A DNA stretch of 64,000 nucleotides from Longimicrobiales bacterium (GCA_965219445.1 CBDCNQ010000002.1:64001-128000); one strand, 5' to 3'. Shown: positions 41,918 to 52,364, counted from the first letter of the stretch. Numbers and translations: made by a program. Notes: a model not told the origin generated them from the sequence alone.

Positions 41918-42922
41918 ATGGAAATCGATGTCTTCGAGTTGATGGCGAGTGGCCGAACGCTGCTTTTCCTCGCGCCCCAGGCGGGCGTGAGCGAAGCTCC
42001 GTTCCGGAGGCTTTGCCGACGCTTTGGTGCCGACGTCGTATCTACGGAGTTCGTGAGCGCCGATGGCATCATGCAGGGGAACCGCCAGACCCGGAAGCAC
42101 CTCCGGTTCGATGAGGACGAGCGGCCGATCGGAATCCAGATTTTCGGATCGGACCCGAGGACGATGGGCGAGGCCTCTGCGCTGGTATCGGACCTCTTCG
42201 GACCCGACTTCATCGACATCAACTTCGGATGTCCGGTGAAGAAGATCGTGAAACGGAACGGGGGATCGGGTTGCCTTCGTGACCTGGCCCTGGTCGAGCG
42301 CATCATCCGGTCCGTGGTTCGGAATACACATTTACCAGTGACTACCAAGATCCGGAGCGGCTACGATGAGCCCTCGCGTGACCCGGTTGGCATCGCGCTA
42401 CGGTGTCGAGATGCCGGGTCGCGTATGGTGACGCTCCACGCCCGAACCCGAACGGACATGTACGGGGGGCAGGCTCGGTGGGACGAGATCTCTGCTCTTG
42501 TTGAAGCGCTCGACGTGCCCGTAGTCGGTAACGGTGACGTAAACACCGGATTGGACGCCCGACGCATGAAGGACGAGACGGGGTGCGCCGGTGTCATGAT
42601 CGCAAGGGCCTCGCATGGCTCGCCCTGGGTCTTCGCTCAAGCCCGCGCCGCACTGGATGGGGATCCCATCCCGGCCGACCCGAGCGTCGAGGAGCGTTTC
42701 GAGATTTGTCTGGAACATGCGAGGAACGGCATCCGCTTCGAAGACAATCCCAAGAAGTCGCTGATCGACTTCAGAAAGCACCTCGGATGGTATACGAAGG
42801 GTCTTCCGGGTGGACGGGCACTGCGTACGCAGCTGTTCCAGATTACGTCGTTAGACGAGGTCGAGGTCCTGCTCGAAGCCTACCTGGCGCGGCACCTCGC
42901 GGGAGCGGACGAAGCCGCATAA
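41918..42922 (+). CDS. dusB: tRNA-dihydrouridine synthase
   Basis: DINFGCP, KIRSG, HARTR, GNGDV, FRKHLGWY. Confidence 0.93.
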   Translation: MEIDVFELMASGRTLLFLAPQAGVSEAPFRRLCRRFGADVVSTEFVSADGIMQGNRQTRKHLRFDEDERPIGIQIFGSDPRTMGEASALVSDLFGPDFIDINFGCPVKKIVKRNGGSGCLRDLALVERIIRSVVRNTHLPVTTKIRSGYDEPSRDPVGIALRCRDAGSRMVTLHARTRTDMYGGQARWDEISALVEALDVPVVGNGDVNTGLDARRMKDETGCAGVMIARASHGSPWVFAQARAALDGDPIPADPSVEERFEICLEHARNGIRFEDNPKKSLIDFRKHLGWYTKGLPGGRALRTQLFQITSLDEVEVLLEAYLARHLAGADEAA

Positions 42923-43043
42923 CCGGGTGAGTGGTACCTTACAATATGGAGTTTCCCGCGGATCTTGGACTCCACCCAGGGGGTAAATTCAGACCATAAG
43001 GGCGTAATTCACACGTAGGACGGCCCTAGGCCGGAAGGACATC

Positions 43044-43398
43044 GGGGGCGTCACGGCTTCGACGCGCTTGGTGAATATAGAGTAGCGTGCCGAGGTTCCT
43101 GGGTCCTCGTAAAACCCCTAGGAAAACCTTAATTGCCAACAATGAACTGGCATTGGCTGCGTAACTTCGGTTCGTAGTCCGTTTCCTGATCTGCCTGCCC
43201 GAGGCGGGTCTACGAGACGTCGATGAGTCGGGCTGGTCGCTGGCCGGTGCTGCCCGGGCCAGAGATGAGATGTTCAGGTAGCTAGCTTGGGGGCCGGTTG
43301 CTCGCTCGCCGCCCCAGGCGAACCACTGAGTGACGCTACGCACGTAGAGGCTCTGTAGGACCCATTTGCGGACGCGGGTTCGACTCCCGCCGCCTCCA
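43044..43398 (+). ncRNA. ssrA: tmRNA; tag peptide ANNELALAA* at 43135-43164
   Basis: 5' GGGGGCG..TTCGAC; 3' GACGCGGGTTCGACTCCCGCCGCCTCCA; G3-U acceptor pair; tag ends LAA-stop; CCA not fully encoded. Confidence 0.95.
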
Positions 43399-43401
43399 CT
43401 T

Positions 43402-43442
43402 CAGAGGGACCGGACCATTTCGATGGTTCGGTCTTTTCTGTT
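43402..43442 (+). terminator. Rho-independent terminator of ssrA
   Basis: gaccggaccat-ttcg-atggttcggtc followed by ttttctgtt. Confidence 0.85.
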
Positions 43443-45342
43443 GTGGGCCCGGCATGGGCGATGACTTGGAGGTGAAAGTCCTCCCGGAACCTGGTCGCAG
43501 GGACCGAAGGGAAGCGCAAGGCGTTCGTCGTGAGGCGTACGCTGAACGAAGCGTGAAACGAACCCGTGAGTCGACGAACAGGAACCGGATACGAGGCGCT
43601 GCGGACCGGGGCGAGCGGACCACTGACCGCGAAGCTCCTGCGACCAAGGGGAAGCGGCGTAGATCCGGCGATTGTGCGGGGAAGGTCATCGTTCTTACCC
43701 GGGGAGGTCTCGCCTGACGCCTGAAAGGGTGACGCCGGCACTGCGCTGTTGGGCCTGCCGGCGGAGCGAGAAGTCAGCAGAGGCCATAGTAGGCCGACGA
43801 AGTGCATGATGCGCTTGGACCCAGCTTTGTCGGACGAAGGGCCGAACGGAGAGGAGAGCGTGACGACCGTGGACCTCGGCAAGGCCATGCGCCAGGAGTC
43901 CAGGCAACTGGGGCTCCCACTGGAGGATAGGGGTGAAGCCCCGAAGGTAGAGGGGAGTGGCGAAGCCGGAACGGTGGCCCATGGAGACGAGCGCTCAGGA
44001 AGCGAGCATCTCCTGATGCAGGAGGTGGTCGGGCGTGCCAACCTCGTAGGAGCGTTGAAACGCGTGCGGCAGAATAAGGGCAGTCCGGGCATCGACGGGA
44101 TGAACGTGGAGGAGCTGCCAGAGTACTTGCGCAGGCACTGGGGGGAGATCCGACAGCGGTTGCTGGCGGGGACCTACCAACCGAAGCCGGTACGAAGGCA
44201 GGAGATACCGAAGAGTGGGGGAGGGGTCCGGGAGTTGGGGATTCCGACCGTGCTGGACCGGTTCATCCAACAAGCCATCCTGCAGGTGCTGCAACCGAGG
44301 TTCGACCCGACGTTCAGTCGGCACAGCCACGGCTTCCGGCCTGGGCGCCGAGCACACGATGCGGTGCGCGAAGCGCAGCAATACATCCAGGAAGGGAGAC
44401 GATGGGTGGTGGATGTGGACCTGGAGAAGTTTTTCGACCGGGTGAACCACGACGTGCTGATGGGGCGGCTGGCAAAGCGGATCGAGGATAAGGCGATGCT
44501 GCGGATCCTCCGTCGCTACCTGGAAGCCGGAGTCATGGCGAACGGGGTGGTGATGGAGCGGCACATGGGGACGCCTCAGGGCGGACCGTTGTCGCCGTTG
44601 CTGGCGAACGTGCTCCTGGACGAAGTGGACAAGGAGTTGGAGCTACGCGGACACGCGTTTGTCCGGTACGCCGATGACTGCAATGTATACGTGCGGTCGA
44701 GGCGGGCAGGACAACGTGTGATGCAGGCGCTGAGGCACTTGTACGGGAAACTTCGGCTTCAGGTCAACGAGGAAAAGAGCGCGGTGGCGCGAGTGTGGGA
44801 TCGACAGTTCCTGGGCTACAGCTTCTGGGTAGCGGCAGGGAAGGTCGTGAAGCGCCGGGTCAGCAAGAAGGCCCTGACGAAGTTCAAGGAGCGAGTCCGG
44901 CAGATTACAAGCCGGAGTGGCGGGCGGAGCCTGCAACAGGTGGCAGAAGAGCTACGGCGCTACGTGCTGGGGTGGAAGGCATACTTCGGCTTAGCGGATA
45001 CACCGGGGGTTTTCCGAGACCTGGACCAATGGATCCACCGCCGGCTGCGTACGTTGCAATTACGCCAGTGGAAACGGGGAAGGACAGCGTACCGGGAGTT
45101 GAGGGCTCGCGGTGTGAGCGAGAACCTCGCCTGGCGAGCTGCTCGGTTCGCGCGAAGCTGGTGGCACGTGGCCGCGCACCACGCCCTGCACACGGCCTTG
45201 CCAGGGGCGTACTTCGACGAGCTGGGTGTGCCCCGGCTCACGCCGTACTGACCTCAACTCACCGAACCGCCAGGTGCGGACCCGCATGCCTGGTGGTGTG
45301 GGAGGGGAAGGACCGGGAACGCCGGTCCTCCCCTATCCCGAT
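43443..45342 (+). mobile_element. Group IIC intron
   Basis: 5' GTGGGCCCGGCATGGG; short domain V gaaccgcc..tgcggacccgcatg..tggtgtg with CGC triad; domain VI ending ctatcccgAT; directly after a terminator. Confidence 0.92.
43860..45251 (+). CDS. ltrA: Group II intron reverse transcriptase/maturase (no endonuclease domain)
   Basis: NKGSPGIDG, RELGIPTVLDR.IQQA, DLEKFFDRVNHD, GTPQGGPLSPLL, RYADD, FLGYSF; start uncertain. Confidence 0.95.
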   Translation: MTTVDLGKAMRQESRQLGLPLEDRGEAPKVEGSGEAGTVAHGDERSGSEHLLMQEVVGRANLVGALKRVRQNKGSPGIDGMNVEELPEYLRRHWGEIRQRLLAGTYQPKPVRRQEIPKSGGGVRELGIPTVLDRFIQQAILQVLQPRFDPTFSRHSHGFRPGRRAHDAVREAQQYIQEGRRWVVDVDLEKFFDRVNHDVLMGRLAKRIEDKAMLRILRRYLEAGVMANGVVMERHMGTPQGGPLSPLLANVLLDEVDKELELRGHAFVRYADDCNVYVRSRRAGQRVMQALRHLYGKLRLQVNEEKSAVARVWDRQFLGYSFWVAAGKVVKRRVSKKALTKFKERVRQITSRSGGRSLQQVAEELRRYVLGWKAYFGLADTPGVFRDLDQWIHRRLRTLQLRQWKRGRTAYRELRARGVSENLAWRAARFARSWWHVAAHHALHTALPGAYFDELGVPRLTPY

Positions 45343-45360
45343 CATGCGTTCTGGGTGTTT

Positions 45361-45383
45361 AGGCGGCGGGAGTTGAACCCGCG
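45361..45383 (-). repeat. Inverted copy of the tmRNA T-arm/acceptor 3' strand
   Basis: Reverse complement cgcgggttcaactcccgccgcct matches 43373-43395 at 22/23. Confidence 0.85.
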
Positions 45384-45634
45384 CGGACTCGGGCGAAGCT
45401 CGAGGACGCAACGCGGCGTTCGAGCCGAGGAGGAAGAGTGCTCTCGAAGATCCTCGCGCTGACCGACGAGCCGACCGAGGATCGGCGCGAAGCGCCGACC
45501 GCAGGTCACCCCCCCCGCCCCTGATATCAAAGCTGAGGACATCATCAATCGCCGGTCAGGGCTTCTTGGATTTCAGGGGCGTGTCGCCGTCACCTCGACG
45601 GTAATGTGTTCGACGAGCTGACATAGCCGCGAGC

Positions 45635-45661
45635 CCGGAGGCCGCTTCGAGCGGCCCCCGG
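45635..45661 (-). terminator. Hairpin downstream of glnA
   Basis: ccggaggccgct-tcg-agcggcccccgg, 11/12 stem; no clear U tract. Confidence 0.45.
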
Positions 45662-45676
45662 AAGCCAGCGGGGCCT

Positions 45677-47089
45677 CTAGTTGTCGTAGTAGAGATAGAA
45701 CTCGTGCGGATGCGGGCGGAGACGGAGCTCTTCTACCTCGTTCTCCATCTTGTAGGAGATCCACTCCTCTATGAGGTCGTCGGTGAAGACGTTGCCTTTG
45801 GTCAGAAACGCATGGTCCTCACCGAGGGCTTGAAGCGCCTCGTCGAGTGAGCCCGGGGTGTGCGGCCACTCGGCGAGCTCCTCGGACGTCATGTCGTAGG
45901 TGTCCCGGTCGAGCGGATCACCCGGATCCAGCTTGTTCTCGATGCCGTCGAGGGCCGCCATGAGCATGGCCGAGAACGTCAGGTAGCCATTGCACGTCGG
46001 ATCCGGGCACCGGAACTCGAGCCGCTTCGCCTTCGGGTTCGCTGAGTACATGGGGATTCGCACGGCCGCCGAGCGGTTGCGCTGCGAGTACGCCAAGTTG
46101 ACCGGTGCCTCGAAACCCGGCACCAGACGCCGGTACGAGTTGCTCGTCGGTGCCGCGAACGCCAAGACGGCCGGGGCGTGCTTGAGCACGCCCGCGATCG
46201 CGTGCATTGCGAGGTCGCTCAGGCCCGCGTAGCCGTCTCCAGCGAAGAGTGGGTTCCCGTCCTTCCACAGCGACATATGCGTGTGCATCCCGCTCCCGTT
46301 GTCGTTGAACACCGGCTTCGGCATGAACGTCACCGTCTTGTCCGCCTTCTTCGCCACGTTGCGAACGATGTACTTGTACCACGCGAAGTGATCCGACATC
46401 TGCAGAAGCGGCGCAAACTCCATGTCGATCTCGGCCTGGCCCGCCGTGCCCACCTCGTGGTGGTGCGCCTCCACGACGATCCCGATGTCGTTCAGCGCGT
46501 ACACCATCTCGCCTCTGAGATCGTGATACGTGTCCGTCGGGCTCACCGGGAAGTAGCCACCCTTGTAGCTCGGTTTGTAGCCCAGGTTCGGCTCCTCGAA
46601 GCGTGCCGTGTTCCACGCGCCCTCCACCGAGTCGATCTCGTAGAAGCCGTGATGCTCGTTCTGCTCGTAGCGCACGGTGTCGAAGATGAAGAACTCCGGC
46701 TCCGGCCCGATGTTGCATGTGTCGGCGATCCCCGTCGACCTCAGGTGCGCCTCCGCCTTGCGCGCCACGTGCCTGGGGTCGCGCGTGTAGTCCTCCCTCG
46801 TGACCGGGTCCACGATGTTGGCGATCACGCTCACCGTCGGCCGCTGGAAGAACGGATCGAGCGCCGCCGTCGACGCATCCGGCACGGCCAGCATGTCCGA
46901 CTGGTGGATGTCCTGCCAGCCCCGGACCGACGACCCGTCGAATCCAACCCCGTCCTCGAACGTCCCCTCGTCCCACGTCTCGATCGGGAACGAGCAGTGC
47001 TGCCACGAGCCCAGTAGGTCCGTGAACTTCAGATCCACCATCTTCGCGTCGTGCTTCTTGGCGAACTCAAAAAACTCTTTTGGTGTCAT
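45677..47089 (-). CDS. glnA: Glutamine synthetase type I (beta)
   Basis: FDGSS, GPEPEFF, HHHEV, TFMPKP..DNGSGMH, RNRSA..RIP, EFRCPD; Tyr in DTYDM at the adenylylation position. Confidence 0.97.
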   Translation of the reverse strand: MTPKEFFEFAKKHDAKMVDLKFTDLLGSWQHCSFPIETWDEGTFEDGVGFDGSSVRGWQDIHQSDMLAVPDASTAALDPFFQRPTVSVIANIVDPVTREDYTRDPRHVARKAEAHLRSTGIADTCNIGPEPEFFIFDTVRYEQNEHHGFYEIDSVEGAWNTARFEEPNLGYKPSYKGGYFPVSPTDTYHDLRGEMVYALNDIGIVVEAHHHEVGTAGQAEIDMEFAPLLQMSDHFAWYKYIVRNVAKKADKTVTFMPKPVFNDNGSGMHTHMSLWKDGNPLFAGDGYAGLSDLAMHAIAGVLKHAPAVLAFAAPTSNSYRRLVPGFEAPVNLAYSQRNRSAAVRIPMYSANPKAKRLEFRCPDPTCNGYLTFSAMLMAALDGIENKLDPGDPLDRDTYDMTSEELAEWPHTPGSLDEALQALGEDHAFLTKGNVFTDDLIEEWISYKMENEVEELRLRPHPHEFYLYYDN

Positions 47090-47265
47090 GGTCGTGTTTG
47101 GCTGTAGGTGATCGTGAGTGCTTTTCTCGGTGCGGAGGGAGGCTTGCTGGCATGGAGCAGTACCCTATCGCCGCCGGCAGAGTACATTGGGATCGTACGT
47201 GGGGGCAAGGGGGCGACTATGTTCGGGCCAGGTAGTAGGGCCGGCGGCGGCGATCCGAACGCCTC

Positions 47266-48504
47266 CTAGTCCAGAATCGGATCGGAGGCGGCGTTCTCGC
47301 GCCGCGCCAGCCCGAGAAAGGGCAGTGCCACCGCCTGGATCGCCGCGCTGAGCAGATACGAGGTGGAGTAGCTCCAGACGTCGACACTGCGCCCGAGCGC
47401 TGGCTGGATGACCACACCGCCAGCCGAGCCCATGAGGCTGTCGAAGGACAGAACGGTCGCACGTTGCTCAGACGGGATGATGCCGTTCACGTACGCCTGA
47501 CGAATGGGTGACGAGACCGAGAAGCCAATTGCCCAGAGGATGAGCGAGGCGATCGCTACCCAGAAACTGCCCGTCAGGCCGATGATGGCCAGGGCGCCGA
47601 CACTGACCAGCGTCGTCAGCAACAAGGCGTGAGTGCGTCGAGCAAATAACTTGCGGACTCGTGGGGCGATGAGGCCACCGACGATCTGCGCGCCGGCCAC
47701 GATTGCCGCCGCCAGGCCCGCAATGCCAAATGCTGTCTCGTCCCCCCACAGCTCCAGCAGGTAAGGCTGCATCGCGAAGAACGCGTAGATACCCACGCTG
47801 CCTGAGAAAGGGGCAGCCAGCATCAGCCAACGCATCGGGGGATTGTGCCATCCGTTGTCGATCGACGCACGGACGATCTTCTTCATTTCGGTGATCGGGT
47901 TCGCCCCGTGGACAGGCGTGAAGCCCAGATCCCGCATGAGCAGCAGCGCGACCAAAAAAGTTAGGCCGAGCATTGCCGCGCGGAGGATGTAGGGCACGCC
48001 CAGGTTGGTGACCTGGGCGATGTAGCCGCCCGCGATGGCCCCGGTGAGCATTGCGATGCCCGAGGTGGTTTGACCCTTGGCGAACACCGACTCGAGCGGG
48101 CCCTCGAACCCTGTCACCTCGAGTGCGTCCACCAACCACGCCTCCACGGCGCCAGAGAAAAAGGTGAACCCCAGCCCGATCGTCAGCGAGGCGACGACCC
48201 ACCCCCAGAACGGACCGTGGATCTGCCACATCCACAGATAGAGCAACGTCGAAACGAGCAGGGTGGCTGCGCCAAGGAGAAAGGACGCTCGCCGTCCCCA
48301 CATATCGGCGACGACCCCGGTCGGAACTTCGAACAGCATCATGCCGGCGCTGAACGCGGCGTTGGCTCCGAATGCCTCGAGGTTGTTGAGGCCTGCGTCG
48401 AGCAGGAAGAGTGTGTTGATCCCCCAGATGAATGACGCTGCAAACGTATTCAGCAGGGTGAGCAAGAGATATACGCGCGTGACGCGCTTGCCGCCGTCGT
48501 TCAT
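47266..48504 (-). CDS. MFS transporter
   Basis: About 12 TM segments; FEVPTGVVAD.WGRR motif A. Confidence 0.9.
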   Translation of the reverse strand: MNDGGKRVTRVYLLLTLLNTFAASFIWGINTLFLLDAGLNNLEAFGANAAFSAGMMLFEVPTGVVADMWGRRASFLLGAATLLVSTLLYLWMWQIHGPFWGWVVASLTIGLGFTFFSGAVEAWLVDALEVTGFEGPLESVFAKGQTTSGIAMLTGAIAGGYIAQVTNLGVPYILRAAMLGLTFLVALLLMRDLGFTPVHGANPITEMKKIVRASIDNGWHNPPMRWLMLAAPFSGSVGIYAFFAMQPYLLELWGDETAFGIAGLAAAIVAGAQIVGGLIAPRVRKLFARRTHALLLTTLVSVGALAIIGLTGSFWVAIASLILWAIGFSVSSPIRQAYVNGIIPSEQRATVLSFDSLMGSAGGVVIQPALGRSVDVWSYSTSYLLSAAIQAVALPFLGLARRENAASDPILD

Positions 48505-48756
48505 GGAGTGGTTGTATTACTCTCGGTTCGCACTGGGGCTTTCAGTCTCGACGGATAGGACGTTCAAGCGGGTTCCTTGGCAAGAGGTGCGGTGGTTCCT
48601 AAGGCGAACGCCGATCTCGCGATGGATCCCGCATGTCCAAAAGAGATCTCCGTCGATGTCAGTGTGCGGTTGAACCGTGACTTGCCGATGGCCGTGTCCT
48701 CTTGCGCTGGGTTATCGGGCGGGAAACGTTACGGCTCCCCTCACCCGGAGAGCCGT

Positions 48757-49323
48757 ATGGTGCCCCTGCTAGATCTGTGGCTGCCCATTCTGTTGTCCAC
48801 CGTAGCGGTGTTCATCTTGAGTTTTCTCGTATGGACGGCGTTTCCCCATCACAAGTCCGACTTCAAGAAACTCCCCGATGAAGACGGCACGATCAACGCC
48901 TTGCGAGGACGGCCTCCCGAGCCTGGCGCTTACATGTTGCCGCGTGCCTGGACACACGCGGAGGTACAGGATCCTGAAATCGCACAAAAGCTGACCCAAG
49001 GTCCGGTCGGGTTCATCACCATCGTGCCGTCCGGCATGCCCACCATGGCCACTATGGGAAAGAAGTTCGTACAGCTTTTCGCTTTCTACTTGGTGTTGTC
49101 CGTGCTGGTGGCGTACGTGACGGGTACGGGGTTCGCGACGGACGCCGCCGTGATGGATGTCTTCCGGGTCTCGGCCACCGTAGCCGCAATGGGACACGGC
49201 ACCGGGGTCATCACGGCCGCCGTGTATTTCGGAACTCCGTGGAGCAACACGTGGAAACACGTGATCGACGCCGTGATCTACGGTCTCGCTACCGGCGCGA
49301 TTTTCGCCGCGCTGTGGCCGTAA
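48757..49323 (+). CDS. Hypothetical membrane protein (~4 TM)
   Basis: Hydrophobic segments, plausible start with GGAG upstream. Confidence 0.7.
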   Translation: MVPLLDLWLPILLSTVAVFILSFLVWTAFPHHKSDFKKLPDEDGTINALRGRPPEPGAYMLPRAWTHAEVQDPEIAQKLTQGPVGFITIVPSGMPTMATMGKKFVQLFAFYLVLSVLVAYVTGTGFATDAAVMDVFRVSATVAAMGHGTGVITAAVYFGTPWSNTWKHVIDAVIYGLATGAIFAALWP

Positions 49324-49397
49324 AGGTAGTGAGAGGTGAGAAAGAGGCCATTGGGAACGAGGAGGCCGGACAGAGCGATGGAGCAATCACGTTGGCA

Positions 49398-49751
49398 TCA
49401 TCGCTCTGACCATACGGCCAACTCATTTCCGCTCGGATCGGCGAAGTGAAAGCGTCGTCCACCTGGAAACTCGAATGTCTCTCGGACAATCCGCCCCCCA
49501 CGCTCGACGACTCGGGCTTCGATCTCTGCCAAGTTCGTGGAATAAAGCACGACTAATGGACCGCCTGTCTGCACCTCCGGCGCCATACCAAAACCGCCGG
49601 CTAGTCGACCGTCGGTGAAGCTCGTGTAGTCAGGGCCGTAGTCAGTGAACTCCCAAGCGAAAACCTCTGAGTAGAACCTCTTGGTCTCCTCAATGTCCGT
49701 GGTCGGAAACTCGATGTAGTCCACACGACGGTCCTGTTCTGCTTGGCTCAC
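49398..49751 (-). CDS. VOC/glyoxalase family protein
   Basis: DYIEFP, FTDYGPDY, FPGGRRFHFADPSGNEL. Confidence 0.9.
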   Translation of the reverse strand: MSQAEQDRRVDYIEFPTTDIEETKRFYSEVFAWEFTDYGPDYTSFTDGRLAGGFGMAPEVQTGGPLVVLYSTNLAEIEARVVERGGRIVRETFEFPGGRRFHFADPSGNELAVWSER

Positions 49752-49962
49752 GAGTTCGTCTCCCTTTCGCTAGTCAGGCGCGACTAATGTGGTGGCCGCG
49801 AGCGAAGCACGCGACCCTTCATGGGGCTGTGGGGCCGCGTGAGCCACCACGGTTTGCCCCACACCAACCCGATCCATTACCCTTTCGATCCCTTGCAGAA
49901 AATGCCTTCGTGTTAGATTTCTCACTCCGGAATACGCCCGCACCCGAGAGATTGCCGACCCA

Positions 49963-50490
49963 GTGAAAGAGAAGCTTATTGTTTTCACCGCGATTATTCC
50001 GTCGGTCCTCGTCCTGGATTTCATCACGAAGCGGTGGGCACTGACCACCCTCGACGGAGGGAATCGACTGGAGCTTCTGGGTGGGTTGGTACCACTCACC
50101 TTGGCCTTCAACCGCGGTGCCGCCTTCGGGATATCCGTCGGAGACGATTCGCGGTGGTTCTTCATACCCATCACGCTTCTGGCGCTGCTGCTGCTGCTCG
50201 TGCTTCTGCGACAGGCGGGGCGGCGGGATTGGCTCCGACTGGTCTCCATTTCAATGGTGGTGGCCGGTGCTCTGGGGAATCTCTACGATCGGGTGCGCTG
50301 GAATCGGGGCGTGGTGGACTTCATCGGTCCGATCGATTTGGGGCTCATGGATTGGCCGATCTTCAACGTGGCCGACATGTCGATCACCTGCGGCGCAGTG
50401 CTGCTGGCGATTTCGTTTTGGGGTGAGGAGCGGCGGGAACGTGCCGCAGCGATGGTTCTGGAGAAGGGCGGACCTACCGCTGCCGGCTGA
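49963..50490 (+). CDS. lspA: Lipoprotein signal peptidase II
   Basis: N.GAAFG, GALGNLYDR, VVDFI, FNVAD. Confidence 0.95.
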   Translation: MKEKLIVFTAIIPSVLVLDFITKRWALTTLDGGNRLELLGGLVPLTLAFNRGAAFGISVGDDSRWFFIPITLLALLLLLVLLRQAGRRDWLRLVSISMVVAGALGNLYDRVRWNRGVVDFIGPIDLGLMDWPIFNVADMSITCGAVLLAISFWGEERRERAAAMVLEKGGPTAAG

Positions 50491-50527
50491 TCCGGCCGCG
50501 GCCCACGCATGGGTCTGCGGGCCAGCG

Positions 50528-50577
50528 AAAAAGAGAGCGGGTGCTGGGTAGATCCCTGCACCCGCTCTCTTCTCTCT
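50528..50577. terminator. Probable bidirectional terminator
   Basis: 14-bp perfect arms aagagagcgggtgc / gcacccgctctctt between convergent genes. Confidence 0.75.
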
Positions 50578-50589
50578 TGGCAAACCCGA

Positions 50590-51100
50590 CTAGAGCTTCA
50601 GGTGCTCTTGCAGGTCGCAATGGGAGACGTGGAGCCTGAACTTGTCGATCTCGGCGAGCTTGGTCTCATGAGTTTCTCGTGGACGTGGGTCCCGAGCGCG
50701 TCCTTGAGGAACTCGCTGTGCTCGGCCACTTGGACCGCTTCGTAGAGATCGTGCGGCAGCGACGCAATGTCTAACTCTTCCCGCTCGACCGGAGTGAGCT
50801 CGTAGAGATCCTTCGACACCGGATCCGGGACCGGAGCCTTCTTGTCCACACCATCGAGCCCGGCGGAAAGCATGACGCTGAACGCGAGGTACGGGTTACA
50901 CGTCGGATCGGGGAAGCGCAGCTCCATCCGTGTAGCCACCTCATTGATGGTACTCGACCGGCACGGCCATGGCTTCCAGCGCGAACACCGTCGCCTCACG
51001 GATGTCGTCCCCGGCGTCTACGGGGTTGATGTCGAAGTACCCCGCCTGGTCGAGCAGGCCTGGGCCAGTCTCGTCCTTGAAATAGAAGTAGTCGGGAAGG
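50590..51100 (-). pseudogene. Decayed glutamine synthetase paralog
   Basis: Three frames give YFYFK..DQAGYFD..ALEAM.VPVEY, EVA|TRMELRFPDPTCNPYLAF..SLP and ETKLAEIDKF; N-terminus and central catalytic part missing. Confidence 0.85.
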
Positions 51101-51308
51101 GGGCGGTGGTGAACCCGATGCGACACCCCTCAAAGAAAAGACCAAGCCGGTGGATCTCTCGCCATCAGCCTGGCCGAATATGCGGTCCTTGGGGACCCTG
51201 CGAAACAGCCCGTCGGGCGGTTGCCGGCCACCGGGATCGTTGACAGTTTCCGAGCGCGTTCGAGGCGCTTCTGCCTGTTTCCGAGGTCAGACTACCGCCG
51301 GAGTTTTC

Positions 51309-52364
51309 ATGTGGGATTTCCTGAGTAACCCTTTCGCGGAGAACACAGCGCAGGACTGGCTCACCGCGGCGGTCGTGTTCGTGGTGGTGATAGTGGTGGT
51401 CCGGACTGTGATCGGCATCGGCTTGAGGCGGTTGAGGGCCGTCGCGTCCAAGACGGAGACCGACGTCGACGATCTTATCGCCCAACTGTTGGAAAAAACC
51501 AAGTTTGTCTTCGTAGCCCTGATAGCGCTTTACGCGGGCGCCATCAGCCTTACTCTGCCGCCAGAGATCGACGACCTTCTGTCGACGATTCTGGTGCTCG
51601 GCTTTCTGGTTCAGGGGGCGTTGTGGGCCAACGGGATCGTCAACTACATGCTGGGAAGCTGGGCCCGGCAGAAATTCGAGGCCGACCCCACGATCTCTAC
51701 CGCCCTCGGCTCGATCGGCTTTTTCGTGCGGTTCGCGGTGTGGGCCACATTCGTCATGCTGGCCCTCGACAACCTCAATATCGACGTCGGGCCGCTGGTC
51801 GCCTCCCTGGGAATCGGCGGTGTGGCTTTGGCGCTAGCACTTCAGGGTGTGCTTGGGGATCTCTTCGCCTCCCTCACCATCATCTTCGACAAACCGTTCG
51901 CGGTCGGCGATTACATCCAGGTTGGGGACCTGGCGGGCACGGTGCAGCACGTCGGCCTCAAGAGTACCCGAATCGAGTCGGTGACCGGAGAACAACTCGT
52001 GTTTTCCAACGGTGATCTTCTTGGAAGCCGGATTCGGAATTTCCAGATTCGGCAAGAACGTCGGTGCGCCTTTACGCTCGGCGTGACCTACGACACACCC
52101 CCGGAGAAGCTCGAGCGAATCCCGGGCTTGATCCAGGAGATCATCGAGGCGCGTGAAAATACGCGCTTCGACCGGTCCTTTTTCATGGTTTTCGGGGACT
52201 CGGCGCTTAATTTCGAAACGGTGTATTACATGCTGGTCCCGGGCTACCAGACGTACGCCGAGACCCACCATGCGATCAACCTCGAAATATTCAAACGGTT
52301 TTCGGAGGAGGGCATCGAGTTCGCTTACCCGACTCAGAAGCTCTACGTCGAAGGAGTAGATTGA
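51309..52364 (+). CDS. mscS: Small-conductance mechanosensitive channel
   Basis: ASLGIGGVALALALQ, DKPFAVGDYI, GLKSTRI, EGIEFAYPTQ. Confidence 0.92.
   Translation: MWDFLSNPFAENTAQDWLTAAVVFVVVIVVVRTVIGIGLRRLRAVASKTETDVDDLIAQLLEKTKFVFVALIALYAGAISLTLPPEIDDLLSTILVLGFLVQGALWANGIVNYMLGSWARQKFEADPTISTALGSIGFFVRFAVWATFVMLALDNLNIDVGPLVASLGIGGVALALALQGVLGDLFASLTIIFDKPFAVGDYIQVGDLAGTVQHVGLKSTRIESVTGEQLVFSNGDLLGSRIRNFQIRQERRCAFTLGVTYDTPPEKLERIPGLIQEIIEARENTRFDRSFFMVFGDSALNFETVYYMLVPGYQTYAETHHAINLEIFKRFSEEGIEFAYPTQKLYVEGVD

Noticed and set aside
43860..45251. Retron, DGR or defence RT
   Set aside because: The RT has group II maturase motifs and is flanked by intron RNA domains; no template/variable repeat pair seen
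43398..50000. Genomic island integrated at ssrA
   Set aside because: No integrase, no good direct repeat of the ssrA 3' end; core gene glnA follows
50930..50950. Selenocysteine UGA in the glnA remnant
   Set aside because: Homology continues in a different frame, so it is a frameshift and not readthrough
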